Of a stretch of DNA of 64,000 nucleotides, positions 8,249-17,854 are shown in pieces. Every line of letters begins with the position of its first letter. The stretch's first letter is position 1. The translations under genes were made by a program, and so were the position numbers. The notes under the pieces were generated by a model. The model made no database searches and had not been told where the DNA came from. It was given only the letters and a program-made list of their open reading frames with translations. Source of the stretch: Patescibacteria group bacterium (GTDB taxonomy: Bacteria > Patescibacteriota > SICC01); assembly GCA_040902515.1 (NCBI GenBank), contig JBBDXB010000006.1:66219-130218 (forward strand), given 5' to 3'.

Positions 8249-9829
8249 TCATGTCAGGAAGGGCCCTTCCGACCGTTCCAGCAAGCTATACCCGGTCATC
8301 GCTTCCGGCTTGGGGATATTCAGCAGGTCGAGCACCGTCGGCGCCACGTCCGCCAGCATGCCGGAAGGCAGGCTCCCGTCCATGATCGAACGGTCCTGGC
8401 CGGAAAGCGCCAGATCGTCGTCACTGACCAGGATCATCGGTACCGGATTGTTCGAGTGGTCGACGTTACTGACTCCGGTCCGGGCGCTGGTCATCTGCTC
8501 GGCGTTGCCGTGGTCGGCGGTGATCAACATCGTGACCCCCTGTTCCTCGCAGGCGTGGATAACCTTGCCGATCTCCACGTCCAGCGCCTCGGCGGCCCGG
8601 ACGGCGGCTTCGAAGTTACCGGTATGACCGACCATGTCGAGGTTGGCGTAGTTGGCGACGTACAGGTCGGCGGCCTTGCCCGTGATCGCCGCGACCAATT
8701 TCTCGGTCACCTGGGCCGCGGCCATCTCCGGCTGCTCGTCGTAGCCGCGCACCTCGGGCGACGGGACCTTCTCGTCTTGTTCGCCGGTGAACGGCTGGTC
8801 GTGCCCGCCGTTCAGGAACGTGGTGATGTGCGCGAACTTCTCGCTCTCCGCGACCCGGTACTGGGTCAGCCCCGCTTTGGAGACGGTCTCGCCCAACGTA
8901 TCGGGCAGCTTCTCCGCGGCGAACGCCGCCTTCACGCTCATGTCGTCGGCGAACGAGCTCATCGTCACCAGGTAGAGGTTCTTGAGCGGTTCGCCATGCT
9001 CGAACTGACCGAAGTACGGCGCTACGAACGCCTTCGCCAACTGCCGGCTGCGTTCCGGCCGGTAATTGAAGAAGATGATCGAGTCGTTGTTGTCGATCGT
9101 CGGCGGCTCGCCGATCCGGGTCGGCTCGATGTACTCCGTCGGCGTATCCGTGGACCGCGCCTGGGTGAGCACCTCTTTCACGCTAACAGCCTGCGGCCCT
9201 TTCCCGGCCACCATTAGACTGTACGCCCGGGCCGTGTGTTCCCAGCGCTTCTCGCGGTCCATCGCGTAATACTCGCCGGAGATGGTCGCGATCGTGCCGA
9301 CGCCGACTTCGGCGATGGTCTTGGCAAGCTGGTCGAGGTACTTGTCCATGCTGTTCTCCATCTGCCCCTCCTTGTCGAGCAGGACGTGGACATAAACGTT
9401 CGAGAACCCCTGCTGCTTGGCGAGCTCCAACAGCGCCCGGACGTGTTCCAGACCTTTCGCACCCTCCTCCGGGCTCAACGCCCCGATGAAGTGCAGCGAG
9501 GAATCGTGCTTCTTCACGTGCTCGACCGCGTCGATGAACACCTGGTTCTGGAAAAACGAGCCGCTGGCGAGCGCCGTGGCGATCGCCGGGACCTCCTGGA
9601 AGACGATCCGCCCGGCGCCGAGGTTAAGGTGGCCGACCTCTGAGTTGCCGGCCTCCCCCCACGGCAGGCCGACGGCGGTCCCGGCCGCCTGGAGTGCCAT
9701 CGAGGGGTAGTCCCGGAGCAGCCGGTGCATGTTCGGCGTCCGGGCGCTGGAAATCGCGTTCCCTTCCGTGACCGGGGAGATTCCCCAGCCGTCCAGGACC
9801 AGCATCGCGACCGGGCGGCGCTCAGGCAT
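8249..9829 (-). CDS. gpmI: iPGM paralogue with altered substrate-binding residues
   Basis: Metal and phosphoserine motifs kept. GGVH, DGRD and GRYY are replaced. Confidence 0.85.
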   Translation of the reverse strand: MPERRPVAMLVLDGWGISPVTEGNAISSARTPNMHRLLRDYPSMALQAAGTAVGLPWGEAGNSEVGHLNLGAGRIVFQEVPAIATALASGSFFQNQVFIDAVEHVKKHDSSLHFIGALSPEEGAKGLEHVRALLELAKQQGFSNVYVHVLLDKEGQMENSMDKYLDQLAKTIAEVGVGTIATISGEYYAMDREKRWEHTARAYSLMVAGKGPQAVSVKEVLTQARSTDTPTEYIEPTRIGEPPTIDNNDSIIFFNYRPERSRQLAKAFVAPYFGQFEHGEPLKNLYLVTMSSFADDMSVKAAFAAEKLPDTLGETVSKAGLTQYRVAESEKFAHITTFLNGGHDQPFTGEQDEKVPSPEVRGYDEQPEMAAAQVTEKLVAAITGKAADLYVANYANLDMVGHTGNFEAAVRAAEALDVEIGKVIHACEEQGVTMLITADHGNAEQMTSARTGVSNVDHSNNPVPMILVSDDDLALSGQDRSIMDGSLPSGMLADVAPTVLDLLNIPKPEAMTGYSLLERSEGPFLT

Positions 9830-11099
9830 GTCGCGCCTCCGTGGTAACCAGTGCGTTCCGGCCGTGGTAGACGGCCTGGCTGCCGATCGCTCGTTCGATC
9901 GCGAGGAGGCGATTATACTTCGCTACGCGCTCGCCGCGTGCCGGGGCGCCGGCCTTGATGAATCCCGTCTCCCAACCGACCGCGAGGTCGGAGATCCAGG
10001 CATCCGTCGTCTCGCGGGAACGATGGCTGGCGATCGCCGCCAATCCCTGCTCCGCGGCGACACGGCGGGCAGCCGCGGCTTCGGTGTACGTCCCCGCCTG
10101 GTTGGGTTTCAGGATCACACCGGAAATGCCGGCCTCCGTCGCGGCCTTGGTAATGCGCTTGGCATCCGTGACGGTAAGGTCATCGGCCACGACCTGGGTC
10201 GCGACCCTGCCTTTCAGCGCCTTCCAGCCGCCCCAGTCATCCTCGGCATACGGATCTTCCAGCGAGACCAGGGGGTACCGTTGTGTCAGCGTTTCGTATT
10301 CGATCGCCAGCTGTTCGGCGCTCAAGGTGTGCCCGTCGAAACGGTACCCGCCGCCGCGGTACAGTTCGGACGCGGCCACGTCGAGCGCGAGTGCGATCTG
10401 TTCCCCGGGACGGTACCCGGCGCGCTCGATCGCCTGGAGCAAGAGGTCCAGCGCGTCGTGATGACCGTCCAATTCCGGCGCGAAACCGCCCTCCAGGCCG
10501 ACGCCCGTGGATAAACCGCGGTCGACGAGGATGTCGTAGAGCGCGCGATACGTTTCCGCCCCGGCGCGGAGCGCCTCGGAAAACGCGTCGAACCCGATCG
10601 GCAGGATCATGAACTCCTGGATGGAGAGGCCGTTGTCGGCATGGGCACCACCATTCAGGACGTTCAGCATCGGGACGGGAAGACCGCGGGGTTCACCCTC
10701 CGCGACGTAACGCCAGAGCGGTTCCTTCGCGGCCTCCGCCGCGGCCTGGAGTGTCGCCAGGCTCACCGCCAGTAGCGCGTTGGCGCCGAGACCCGAGCGC
10801 TTGGCGCGGTCCAGTTCCTGTAGCCGGGCGTCGATCGCCCCCTGGTCGGCGGCGTCGGCGCCGCGGAGCGCCCGTGCGATTTCCACGTTCACGTGGCTCA
10901 CGGCCTTGCGGACGCCCTGGCCGTTCCATCGGCGATCGCCGTCGCGCACCTCCCGTGCTTCATGGGCTCCGCTGGACGTACCGGCCGGCACGGATGCCGT
11001 ACCCTCGCTCCGGTCGGTCCGGACGGTCGCCTCGACCGTCGGGATTCCGCGGGAGTCCAAGACCATCCGGGCAATGATACCGGTGATCTTCACGCTCAT
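9822..11099 (-). CDS. eno: Enolase
   Basis: DSRG.PTVE, NGGAHA, QEFMI, LDVAASE, SHRS, ERVAKYNRLL. Confidence 0.95.
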   Translation of the reverse strand: MSVKITGIIARMVLDSRGIPTVEATVRTDRSEGTASVPAGTSSGAHEAREVRDGDRRWNGQGVRKAVSHVNVEIARALRGADAADQGAIDARLQELDRAKRSGLGANALLAVSLATLQAAAEAAKEPLWRYVAEGEPRGLPVPMLNVLNGGAHADNGLSIQEFMILPIGFDAFSEALRAGAETYRALYDILVDRGLSTGVGLEGGFAPELDGHHDALDLLLQAIERAGYRPGEQIALALDVAASELYRGGGYRFDGHTLSAEQLAIEYETLTQRYPLVSLEDPYAEDDWGGWKALKGRVATQVVADDLTVTDAKRITKAATEAGISGVILKPNQAGTYTEAAAARRVAAEQGLAAIASHRSRETTDAWISDLAVGWETGFIKAGAPARGERVAKYNRLLAIERAIGSQAVYHGRNALVTTEARHA

Positions 11100-12133
11100 A
11101 GCGGATCCTCCGCCAATCGGGCCTTCAGGGAGTCGATCACCTCGTTCGGCGACGGGTCGACGCCGTTCAGCTTCGCCAGCTCGCAGCTCGCCAGGTCGCC
11201 CCAGAAGATGACGGAAGCCTGGCAGGCCAGCCGGTTCGGGCCGGTCCCTTGGATCGTCACGTGCGGTAGGTTCCGGCGGTCGAGTTGCTCCTTCAGGAAT
11301 TCGAAGCGGAGGGCATGGCGCGGATGCTCCATGTCCGTGCGCAGCAGCACAAAAAGCGCCTGCTGCCCCAGGGAATCCGGGTACTCCAGGCCGACGATCC
11401 CGTTATGGTTCTGCTCGGGAAGCACGTCCCAGGCGGCCGTCTGCTTGGCGTTCTCGGCAAGCTGTCCCTTGAGCCGTCGGCCAGCTTCCGTGAGGAAGCC
11501 GGTACTGTAGATGACCGGTATCCGGCCATGGAGCCGTTCGGCCAGCTCGGCACCGAGATGCCGCTGCGTTGACCGGGCCGTCTCCGCCAGCTCGCGTACG
11601 TGTTCGACGGCCGGTTTCACCGCTTCCGAGCAGTCGGCAGCGAATCCCAGCGTCACCAGGACCTTCAACATCAGTCCGAACGTATAGGGGGTCGCCGCGC
11701 GGGGCGGGATCGCGCTAACGTACGTGACGAGCGCCTGCTTGTCCCGCTGGGCATCATCGGCAAGCGGCCCGCCGGTCGTCACCGCCAGGACCGGTGCCTT
11801 GCGCTCCCGGGCCGCGGCGTAGGCGGAGCGGGTTTCCTCCGTGCTGCCGGAATGGCTTACGCAGATCACGAGCGTCCGCTCGTCTACGTACTCGGGTACG
11901 CCATAGTCACGATGGATCACATATGGAACCTTGAGCTGGTCCGCCAGGTAATCCCCTGCCAACGCGGCTCCGATCCCCGAGCCTCCCATGGCACAGACCA
12001 TGATCCGTTCGGCACGCTTCAGTCGCGGCGGAAGCGTTACCGCCGTCCCGTATCCCGATTTGAACAGTTCGGGCCACGCCAGGATGTGCCCCAGCATGTC
12101 TCCCGGATCGACCGGTGGTTTCTTGGAAGTCAT
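11096..12133 (-). CDS. Bifunctional phosphoglucose/phosphomannose isomerase (SIS, archaeal type)
   Basis: MGGSGIG, SHSGSTEET, ENAK, PEQNHN. Confidence 0.9.
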   Translation of the reverse strand: MTSKKPPVDPGDMLGHILAWPELFKSGYGTAVTLPPRLKRAERIMVCAMGGSGIGAALAGDYLADQLKVPYVIHRDYGVPEYVDERTLVICVSHSGSTEETRSAYAAARERKAPVLAVTTGGPLADDAQRDKQALVTYVSAIPPRAATPYTFGLMLKVLVTLGFAADCSEAVKPAVEHVRELAETARSTQRHLGAELAERLHGRIPVIYSTGFLTEAGRRLKGQLAENAKQTAAWDVLPEQNHNGIVGLEYPDSLGQQALFVLLRTDMEHPRHALRFEFLKEQLDRRNLPHVTIQGTGPNRLACQASVIFWGDLASCELAKLNGVDPSPNEVIDSLKARLAEDPL

Positions 12134-12197
12134 ACCCGAATGTGTGTTCGTGTTCGCTCTCATTCTACCTAGATTACGTGGCTGCCGCAGGATGACG

Positions 12198-12335
12198 TCA
12201 CGAATGCAGCAGTTCGCCATCGTCGTCCTCCTCGACCTCGGAGAGCCGGAGGTGGAGGTAGGCGACCGCGTGGAACACGGCCAGGACCGAGAGCGCGGTC
12301 ACGAACGGAAGGACGATTTGAAGGATGTCGTTCAT
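12198..12335 (-). CDS. 45-aa single-TM small protein (absent from the ORF track)
   Basis: Hand translation MNDILQIVLPFVTALSVLAVFHAVAYLHLRLSEVEEDDDGELLHS. GC3-rich codons and an AT-rich upstream region. Confidence 0.6.
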   Translation of the reverse strand: MNDILQIVLPFVTALSVLAVFHAVAYLHLRLSEVEEDDDGELLHS

Positions 12336-12441
12336 ATTTTTATGCGTTTGTTTCCTGCAAAATTACCAAAACATACCATAAAATACGCCATCAGTCAATG
12401 GCTCCGGGCACGATCGCGGGAGAACGGGCCGTTTCGCCGGG

Positions 12442-13290
12442 CTACTCCAGCGTGAACGTTTGGATAACCTGGTCGTAGAGCTTACGGTTCGGCGAATCCT
12501 GGACCTGCTGGAGCAGGAACGCCTGGCCCTTGCCGGTCACGATGGTGATCAAGTACGGCACGAAGCCGTATGGGGTCTCATACTGGTAGCCGGGGCGTTC
12601 GTTCACCGTAATTCCTCGCTGCTCGATCGCGGCCTGGTCCTCGTGCGGATATTCCTCGCGCGCCTTGTACCAGGCCTCCGGACCGAGGTTCTTCGGGTTT
12701 CCCTGGACGAGAATGGTCAGCGGTGCGGTATGCTCCCCTTCGTCATGACCATCCTCACCATGGTCATGGTCTTCCTCGGGGCGCGGACCGCTTACCTCAT
12801 AGAACACGACGACCTCGGACGACTGTTCCCGCGGTTCCCAGCGGGACGGGTACCGGATGCGATATCCGTACTTGGCGTTCCGGTACGTCTTAAAGTCATC
12901 CGCGGATTCGTCCGTGACGGTCTCGCCGTCGCGCACGAACGTGTGTTCGATCACCGCCGGCTGGTCCTCGAACACCTCGATGGGAATCTCCGCCTCGTCA
13001 TAGCCGGCGAGTTGCAGTGTGACCTCGTGTGTCCCGATGCCTACTTCGATCTTGGCATCGCTGCGCTCGGATCGTTCCTTGCCGTCGATCAGGATGGTGG
13101 CGTTATCCGGGTCGGTATAGATCTCGATGATGCCGGTCTTGGCGTCTTCCGCTTGCTTGACCGACGGCTGCTGCGCCAGGAAGAACAGAGCCGCCCCTGC
13201 GGCAACCACGGTGGCGATGGACGTCGCCCCCCAGAACTTCCGTCGCTTATAGAGCGGTACGCGTTTCTTTTTCGCGGTTTTGGTTTGCAT
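12442..13290 (-). CDS. Membrane-anchored PEGA-domain / PsbP-like protein
   Basis: N-terminal TM, PEGA pattern (IYTDPDNATILIDG...GTHEVTLQLAGY), YRNAKYGYRIRYP..W and C-terminal IQTF. Confidence 0.7.
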   Translation of the reverse strand: MQTKTAKKKRVPLYKRRKFWGATSIATVVAAGAALFFLAQQPSVKQAEDAKTGIIEIYTDPDNATILIDGKERSERSDAKIEVGIGTHEVTLQLAGYDEAEIPIEVFEDQPAVIEHTFVRDGETVTDESADDFKTYRNAKYGYRIRYPSRWEPREQSSEVVVFYEVSGPRPEEDHDHGEDGHDEGEHTAPLTILVQGNPKNLGPEAWYKAREEYPHEDQAAIEQRGITVNERPGYQYETPYGFVPYLITIVTGKGQAFLLQQVQDSPNRKLYDQVIQTFTLE

Positions 13291-13343
13291 GCAGGCCTAT
13301 TTTACACGTTTCACGGCGACGTCCAGTAGGCGACCATGGGCGG

Positions 13344-14609
13344 TCAGGACGGTCCGGGCCAGGACAGGGTGCGTCCTGCGACGGTCAACGTGGCGCCCGG
13401 TCCGGCCCCCAGCTTCTCCAGGCGGGCATCGAGGCCGAGCCGCCGGGCCGTCCACCAGAAACGTTCCACGGCTTCCGGGTTCTCGAAGTCGGTCTGGGTA
13501 GCCAAACGTTCCAGCCGGGGTCCGCGGACGATGAATCCGTCCCCGTCCGGTTCGACGCTCAAGGATCGTGGCGCCAGCTCCGCCAGGCCGATGCGGGACA
13601 CCGGCTCTTTCCGGGCTTTCGTCCGGTGCCGCTTCGCCAGCGCGGCGGCTTCCGTGAGCAGGACGTCCACGCCGGTCCCGGCGGCCGCCGACACGGCGAA
13701 CACCGGTTTCCGGATCCGCCGGGAAAGGCTTTTGGCCGCCTCCGCGGCCGCTTCCGCCGTCAGCGCGTCGACCTTGTTCAGCGCCACGACCTCCGGCTTC
13801 CGCGCCAGGGTCCGGTCGAATGCCGTGAGCTCCTTCCGGACGCTCCGGTAATCCGCCGCCGGATCTTCGGCGGTGACGTCGAGCAGGTGGACGATCGCCT
13901 TGGTCCGTTCGATGTGCCGGAGGAAGGCGTCGCCAAGCCCCTTGCCCCGGTGGGCACCTTCGATCAGCCCGGGGATGTCGGCCAGCACCAAACGCTGTCC
14001 GCCGGTCATCGCGATGCCGAGGCCCGGCACGGTGGTCGTGAACGGATAGTCGGCGACCTTGGGTTTGGCCGCGGTCACGCGGGACAGCAGCGTCGACTTG
14101 CCGGCCGACGGCACGCCGACCAGCCCGATATCCGCCACCAGTTTCAGTTCCAGTTCGAGTTGTTTGGCCTCGCCGGGCTCGCCGCGCTCGGCCAGCCGGG
14201 GCGTCTGCCGCCGGGAGCTGGTGAAATGGGCGTTGCCGTACCCTCCCGTACCGCCCCGGGCCAGGACCGTCCGTGCGCCCGGTTCGTCGAGGTCGGCCAG
14301 CAGCGCGCCGGATTCCCGGACCACGGTTCCGACGGGCACCTCAAGCACCAACTCGTCCGCCGATTTGCCATGGCGTTTGCCCTTCCCGCCGGGGGCGCCG
14401 GCCTTAGCCGCGAACGTCTTTTTCCGCGCGTACTCCGCCAGCGTGTTGATACCCGGATCGGCGACCAGCACCACGCTCCCGCCGTCACCGCCGTCACCGC
14501 CGTCGGGACCTCCCCGTGACTCACCGCGGGCGTGACGGAAGCTGATCAGCCCGTCACCGCCCTTGCCGGCACGAACGTCGATATCTACCTGGTCCCAGAA
14601 CGTCGCCAT
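13344..14609 (-). CDS. obgE: GTPase Obg/CgtA
   Basis: Gly-rich Obg fold, GVPSAGKS, YPFTT, DIPG, NKVD. Confidence 0.96.
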   Translation of the reverse strand: MATFWDQVDIDVRAGKGGDGLISFRHARGESRGGPDGGDGGDGGSVVLVADPGINTLAEYARKKTFAAKAGAPGGKGKRHGKSADELVLEVPVGTVVRESGALLADLDEPGARTVLARGGTGGYGNAHFTSSRRQTPRLAERGEPGEAKQLELELKLVADIGLVGVPSAGKSTLLSRVTAAKPKVADYPFTTTVPGLGIAMTGGQRLVLADIPGLIEGAHRGKGLGDAFLRHIERTKAIVHLLDVTAEDPAADYRSVRKELTAFDRTLARKPEVVALNKVDALTAEAAAEAAKSLSRRIRKPVFAVSAAAGTGVDVLLTEAAALAKRHRTKARKEPVSRIGLAELAPRSLSVEPDGDGFIVRGPRLERLATQTDFENPEAVERFWWTARRLGLDARLEKLGAGPGATLTVAGRTLSWPGPS

Positions 14610-14641
14610 GCCTCCAGCCTACCGGGATGCGACACCGGCCG

Positions 14642-15643
14642 TCACTGCAGGTGCTCGGTCTTGTTGGCTTCGTGCTCTTCGTCGGTCTCGGCGTAATACG
14701 TGGTGCCATCCGGCGCCGAGAGGTAAAAGAGGTACGGCGAATCGGTCGGGTCGAGCACGGCCAGGATCGCATCCAGGCTGGGATTGGCGATCGGCCCCGG
14801 CGGCAATCCCTTGAACCGGCGCGTGTTATACGGATCGTCGGTCGCCAGATCGTCGACGGTCAGCGCGTCGGTCGGCTTGTTAAGGGCATACCGCACGGTC
14901 GCGTCGATGTCGAGCCGGATGTCCTCCTCGAGACGCCGGAGGATGATACCCGCGACCAGCTTCCTGTCCTCCGTGGTCCGCACTTCTTCCTCGACCAACG
15001 AGGCGATCGTCACGATCTCATGGAGCGATCGGCCGTTGTTCGCCACCTGGTTCTGGAATCCCGCCAGTTCCGTCCGGAACTGGTCGAGCATGATCCGGGC
15101 GACATCTTCCGCCGAAGTGTCGGGGAGCGGTATCGCATAGGTTTCCGGGAACAGGTAGCCTTCGAGCGACGCGCCGTCGGGGAGGATCCGCAGGAAGTCG
15201 TACTCCGGGAAGTCGGCCGCCCGCAGCTCCTTGAATGTATCGGCATCCGTGATCTCCAACCGGTCGAGCCGCTCCGCGGTCTCAGTTTGCGTCAGGCCTT
15301 CGGGAATCGTGAACTGGGTCGCGAGCTGCGATTCTTCGGTCAGCGCCTGGGCGATCTCCTGCGCCGACTGTTCGCCGGAAAGACGGAATCGCCCGGATTT
15401 GATGTCCGTGGCCAGGCCCTCGAACTTCACGTGCAAGGTGAATGCCCGCTCGGAACGGATCAGGTCCTGCTCCTTGAGCTTTTCCGCGATCAGGTCCGGC
15501 GTATCGCCCTGCCTGACCACCACCACCGCTTCCGGGGCGCCGGTCGCCTGCAGCCCGGTCCGGTACCAGTGGACGATACCGACCGCTGCCACGATGACGA
15601 CAGCGACGCCGAGCGCGAACCGCCGGCTGTTACGCACGTTCAT
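14642..15643 (-). CDS. mltG: Endolytic transglycosylase
   Basis: TIPEG, LEGYLFPETY, ASLVEEE, PYNT...GLPPGPIANP. Confidence 0.93.
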   Translation of the reverse strand: MNVRNSRRFALGVAVVIVAAVGIVHWYRTGLQATGAPEAVVVVRQGDTPDLIAEKLKEQDLIRSERAFTLHVKFEGLATDIKSGRFRLSGEQSAQEIAQALTEESQLATQFTIPEGLTQTETAERLDRLEITDADTFKELRAADFPEYDFLRILPDGASLEGYLFPETYAIPLPDTSAEDVARIMLDQFRTELAGFQNQVANNGRSLHEIVTIASLVEEEVRTTEDRKLVAGIILRRLEEDIRLDIDATVRYALNKPTDALTVDDLATDDPYNTRRFKGLPPGPIANPSLDAILAVLDPTDSPYLFYLSAPDGTTYYAETDEEHEANKTEHLQ

Positions 15644-15995
15644 TAAGATACCCCTGTAGGATCACGCGAGCGGCAGCAGCATCGCTGCCGTCTCCGCCGG
15701 CTTCCGCTTCCGTCGTGCTGGCGGTCTCGTCCTCATAGACGAACGTGGCCGGGAGGGCCAGCTTGAGCCGGGAGACTTGGTCTTCGACCCATTTGGCTTG
15801 CGGTCCCAGCCCGCCGGAGAGCGTCCGCGGCCGACCGACGACTACCGTGGAGATGCCGCCCTTGACCAGCTTCCCCAGTTCCTCGGCCAACCGGTCGGTC
15901 GGCACCGTCGTCAGCGGACGGGCCGTGATGCCTGCCTCATCGGAGACGGCCAGGCCGCTGCGCGCTTTCCCGAGGTCTACCGCGACGATCCTCAT
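15630..15995 (-). CDS. ruvX: YqgF/RuvX family nuclease
   Basis: AVDLG...GLAVSD, VVG.P, DE..ST, DAAAA..ILQ.YL. Confidence 0.9.
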   Translation of the reverse strand: MRIVAVDLGKARSGLAVSDEAGITARPLTTVPTDRLAEELGKLVKGGISTVVVGRPRTLSGGLGPQAKWVEDQVSRLKLALPATFVYEDETASTTEAEAGGDGSDAAAARVILQGYLNERA

Positions 15996-17848
15996 GTGCC
16001 CGGCGTCACCCCTGGAGACGGGCTGGCGCCGGCCGCCGGACGTGCTTCCAGCCGCACGCGGACCTTGCCGGCATCCCCCGGCACCGACCGGACCCAGAAC
16101 GGCGACAGGTCGACGGTCGCGCCGGTCGCCTTGCCGGTCTCCCTGATGATCCGCTCCGCTTCCTCCTTGCTCTTGCCGGCGATGTCCCGGGCGATCCGCT
16201 CCGCCGAAATGCCCGATGCCGTGAAGGTGTCGACGACCAGCAGGGTGCTCAGTTGCGCGGCGGACCGTTCCTTGACCCGGAACGTCTCGGACCGTTCGTC
16301 AACGAGGTTCGTACCGCCGGGAATCTTGGCCTCAAGGTCACCGTCCAGTACGCGCTCGAGGACATCCTCTTCGTACGAGAAGTAGGTGATGCGAGCACGG
16401 CCGCTGATCGTGAATCGCTCGGCCGAAGCGCCCACGTCGGGATCGGCTTCGCTATCCAGCACGGTTACGGCCGCGACTTCCGGATTCACCACGTGGTCGA
16501 CCGCCGTCCTGTTCTCGGCCTCCTCGAGTCCCTCCCGGGCAAGGTGTTGGCCGAGCTGGGTCCGGGCCCGGTCGATGTCCTCACGTGAGATGGTCGTGCT
16601 GTCGGCATCCGTGCCGCCGGTCAGCGGCTCTTCGATCTGGCCGTAGACCGCGGTCGTGCTGCGGAGTCCGGGTATCGAAAGCCTGGTGTCCGCCGGAAGG
16701 TTGCCGTCGGTGCCGCCTTCGTCCGCCACCACCTGCACGGTGGTCGTGCCGCCGGCCGGCACGACGATGCCGGACTGGGAACGGAAGAGTCTGCCATCAG
16801 GAGCCTGGAAGCGCGTCCGGATGACCAACGGTTGGTTCCGGTTGAGTTCGTTGACCACGGTGATCTCACCGCGGGCCGATTCGCCACCGATCGAACGCCC
16901 GGTGGCCCGGGCTTCCAGCGAACCCTCCCGGGTGACTTCGATGGTCTTGGCGGGGACCACGTTTTCCTCGGCATCGGCTTGGGGCGCGGTCGTCGAGAAC
17001 CGTACCGGCACTTCCGCCTTGAACGGTTCCGTCTTGGGGACGATCGTCACCGTCGCGCTCGGCAACATCACGGCCGCGGCCGTGCCGCCGGTCAGGATAA
17101 TCGCGAGTGCGGCGACCGCACCGATCAGTTTCCAACGCCGCCGGCCCTTCCCGGCACCCTTCCATCCCGACATCCGGAACTTGGGACGGGAGAACCGCGG
17201 TAGTCCCGGCAGTGCGAACCTGAACCGCTTGCCGGATGACCGTGACTCGTCCGGCGCCGGCGCTTCGTCCTGGCTGGCGCGGGTCACGGGGATCGTCACT
17301 CCTGGGGACGCGTCCGGAGCCGTCGCTGCCTCGGGATCGGATTCCGGCTCCGTATCCGCAGGGCTGACCGTTTCGACAGGTTCCGGTTCCCCCGGATCAG
17401 CGCTGGCCCCTTCAGTCGGGACACCGGCTATCTCCCGCTTCACCAGCTCGGGATCCTTGCCTTTCTTGTAGCCGATGTCGGCGCCGCCCGCCTCGTCCGA
17501 CGGTTTCTTCGGTTCCTCCGGCTGCCGCTTCTTGAATCCGATCCGCACCGGTTCACCAGTCTCCTTGACCGCCGACTCCTTCACCGCCTTGCCGCCTTCA
17601 GGCAGCTTCTGGTGCACGGTCAACCCGACTGCCGAGGCCAGGTTGCGGCCGGTCTTGTCGCTGGTGACGATGCTGATCCGTTTGCCCTGTTGCTCAGCCT
17701 GGTATCGGAGCAGCTTCAGGTTGACGATGCTCTGCAGGAGCGCCGCCCGCTTGGGCACGATGATCGCCACGTCCTCGTCGTCCAGCTCCTTCAGGCGGTC
17801 GACGACGCTGGTAATCTCCTCGTCTGGCTCTAGGTATATCGCTTTCAT
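15992..17848 (-). CDS. Bitopic membrane protein with baseplate-J-like extracellular region
   Basis: N-terminal IYLEPDEEITSVVDRL cytoplasmic domain, disordered linker, TM, then ARGEITVVN...ADEGG.DGN...TGG. Confidence 0.7.
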   Translation of the reverse strand: MKAIYLEPDEEITSVVDRLKELDDEDVAIIVPKRAALLQSIVNLKLLRYQAEQQGKRISIVTSDKTGRNLASAVGLTVHQKLPEGGKAVKESAVKETGEPVRIGFKKRQPEEPKKPSDEAGGADIGYKKGKDPELVKREIAGVPTEGASADPGEPEPVETVSPADTEPESDPEAATAPDASPGVTIPVTRASQDEAPAPDESRSSGKRFRFALPGLPRFSRPKFRMSGWKGAGKGRRRWKLIGAVAALAIILTGGTAAAVMLPSATVTIVPKTEPFKAEVPVRFSTTAPQADAEENVVPAKTIEVTREGSLEARATGRSIGGESARGEITVVNELNRNQPLVIRTRFQAPDGRLFRSQSGIVVPAGGTTTVQVVADEGGTDGNLPADTRLSIPGLRSTTAVYGQIEEPLTGGTDADSTTISREDIDRARTQLGQHLAREGLEEAENRTAVDHVVNPEVAAVTVLDSEADPDVGASAERFTISGRARITYFSYEEDVLERVLDGDLEAKIPGGTNLVDERSETFRVKERSAAQLSTLLVVDTFTASGISAERIARDIAGKSKEEAERIIRETGKATGATVDLSPFWVRSVPGDAGKVRVRLEARPAAGASPSPGVTPGT

Positions 17849-17854
17849 GTTTGA

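Noticed and set aside
6424-8385. Long antisense ORFs (also 25926-27884, 39464-40903, 46101-47531, 47167-48879, 52568-54031)
   Set aside because: Shadow frames of high-GC genes on the opposite strand, with no protein motifs.
15992-17848. Baseplate-J-like gene as evidence of a prophage or contractile system
   Set aside because: It has a TM anchor and housekeeping context. No capsid, tail, sheath or integrase genes are present.
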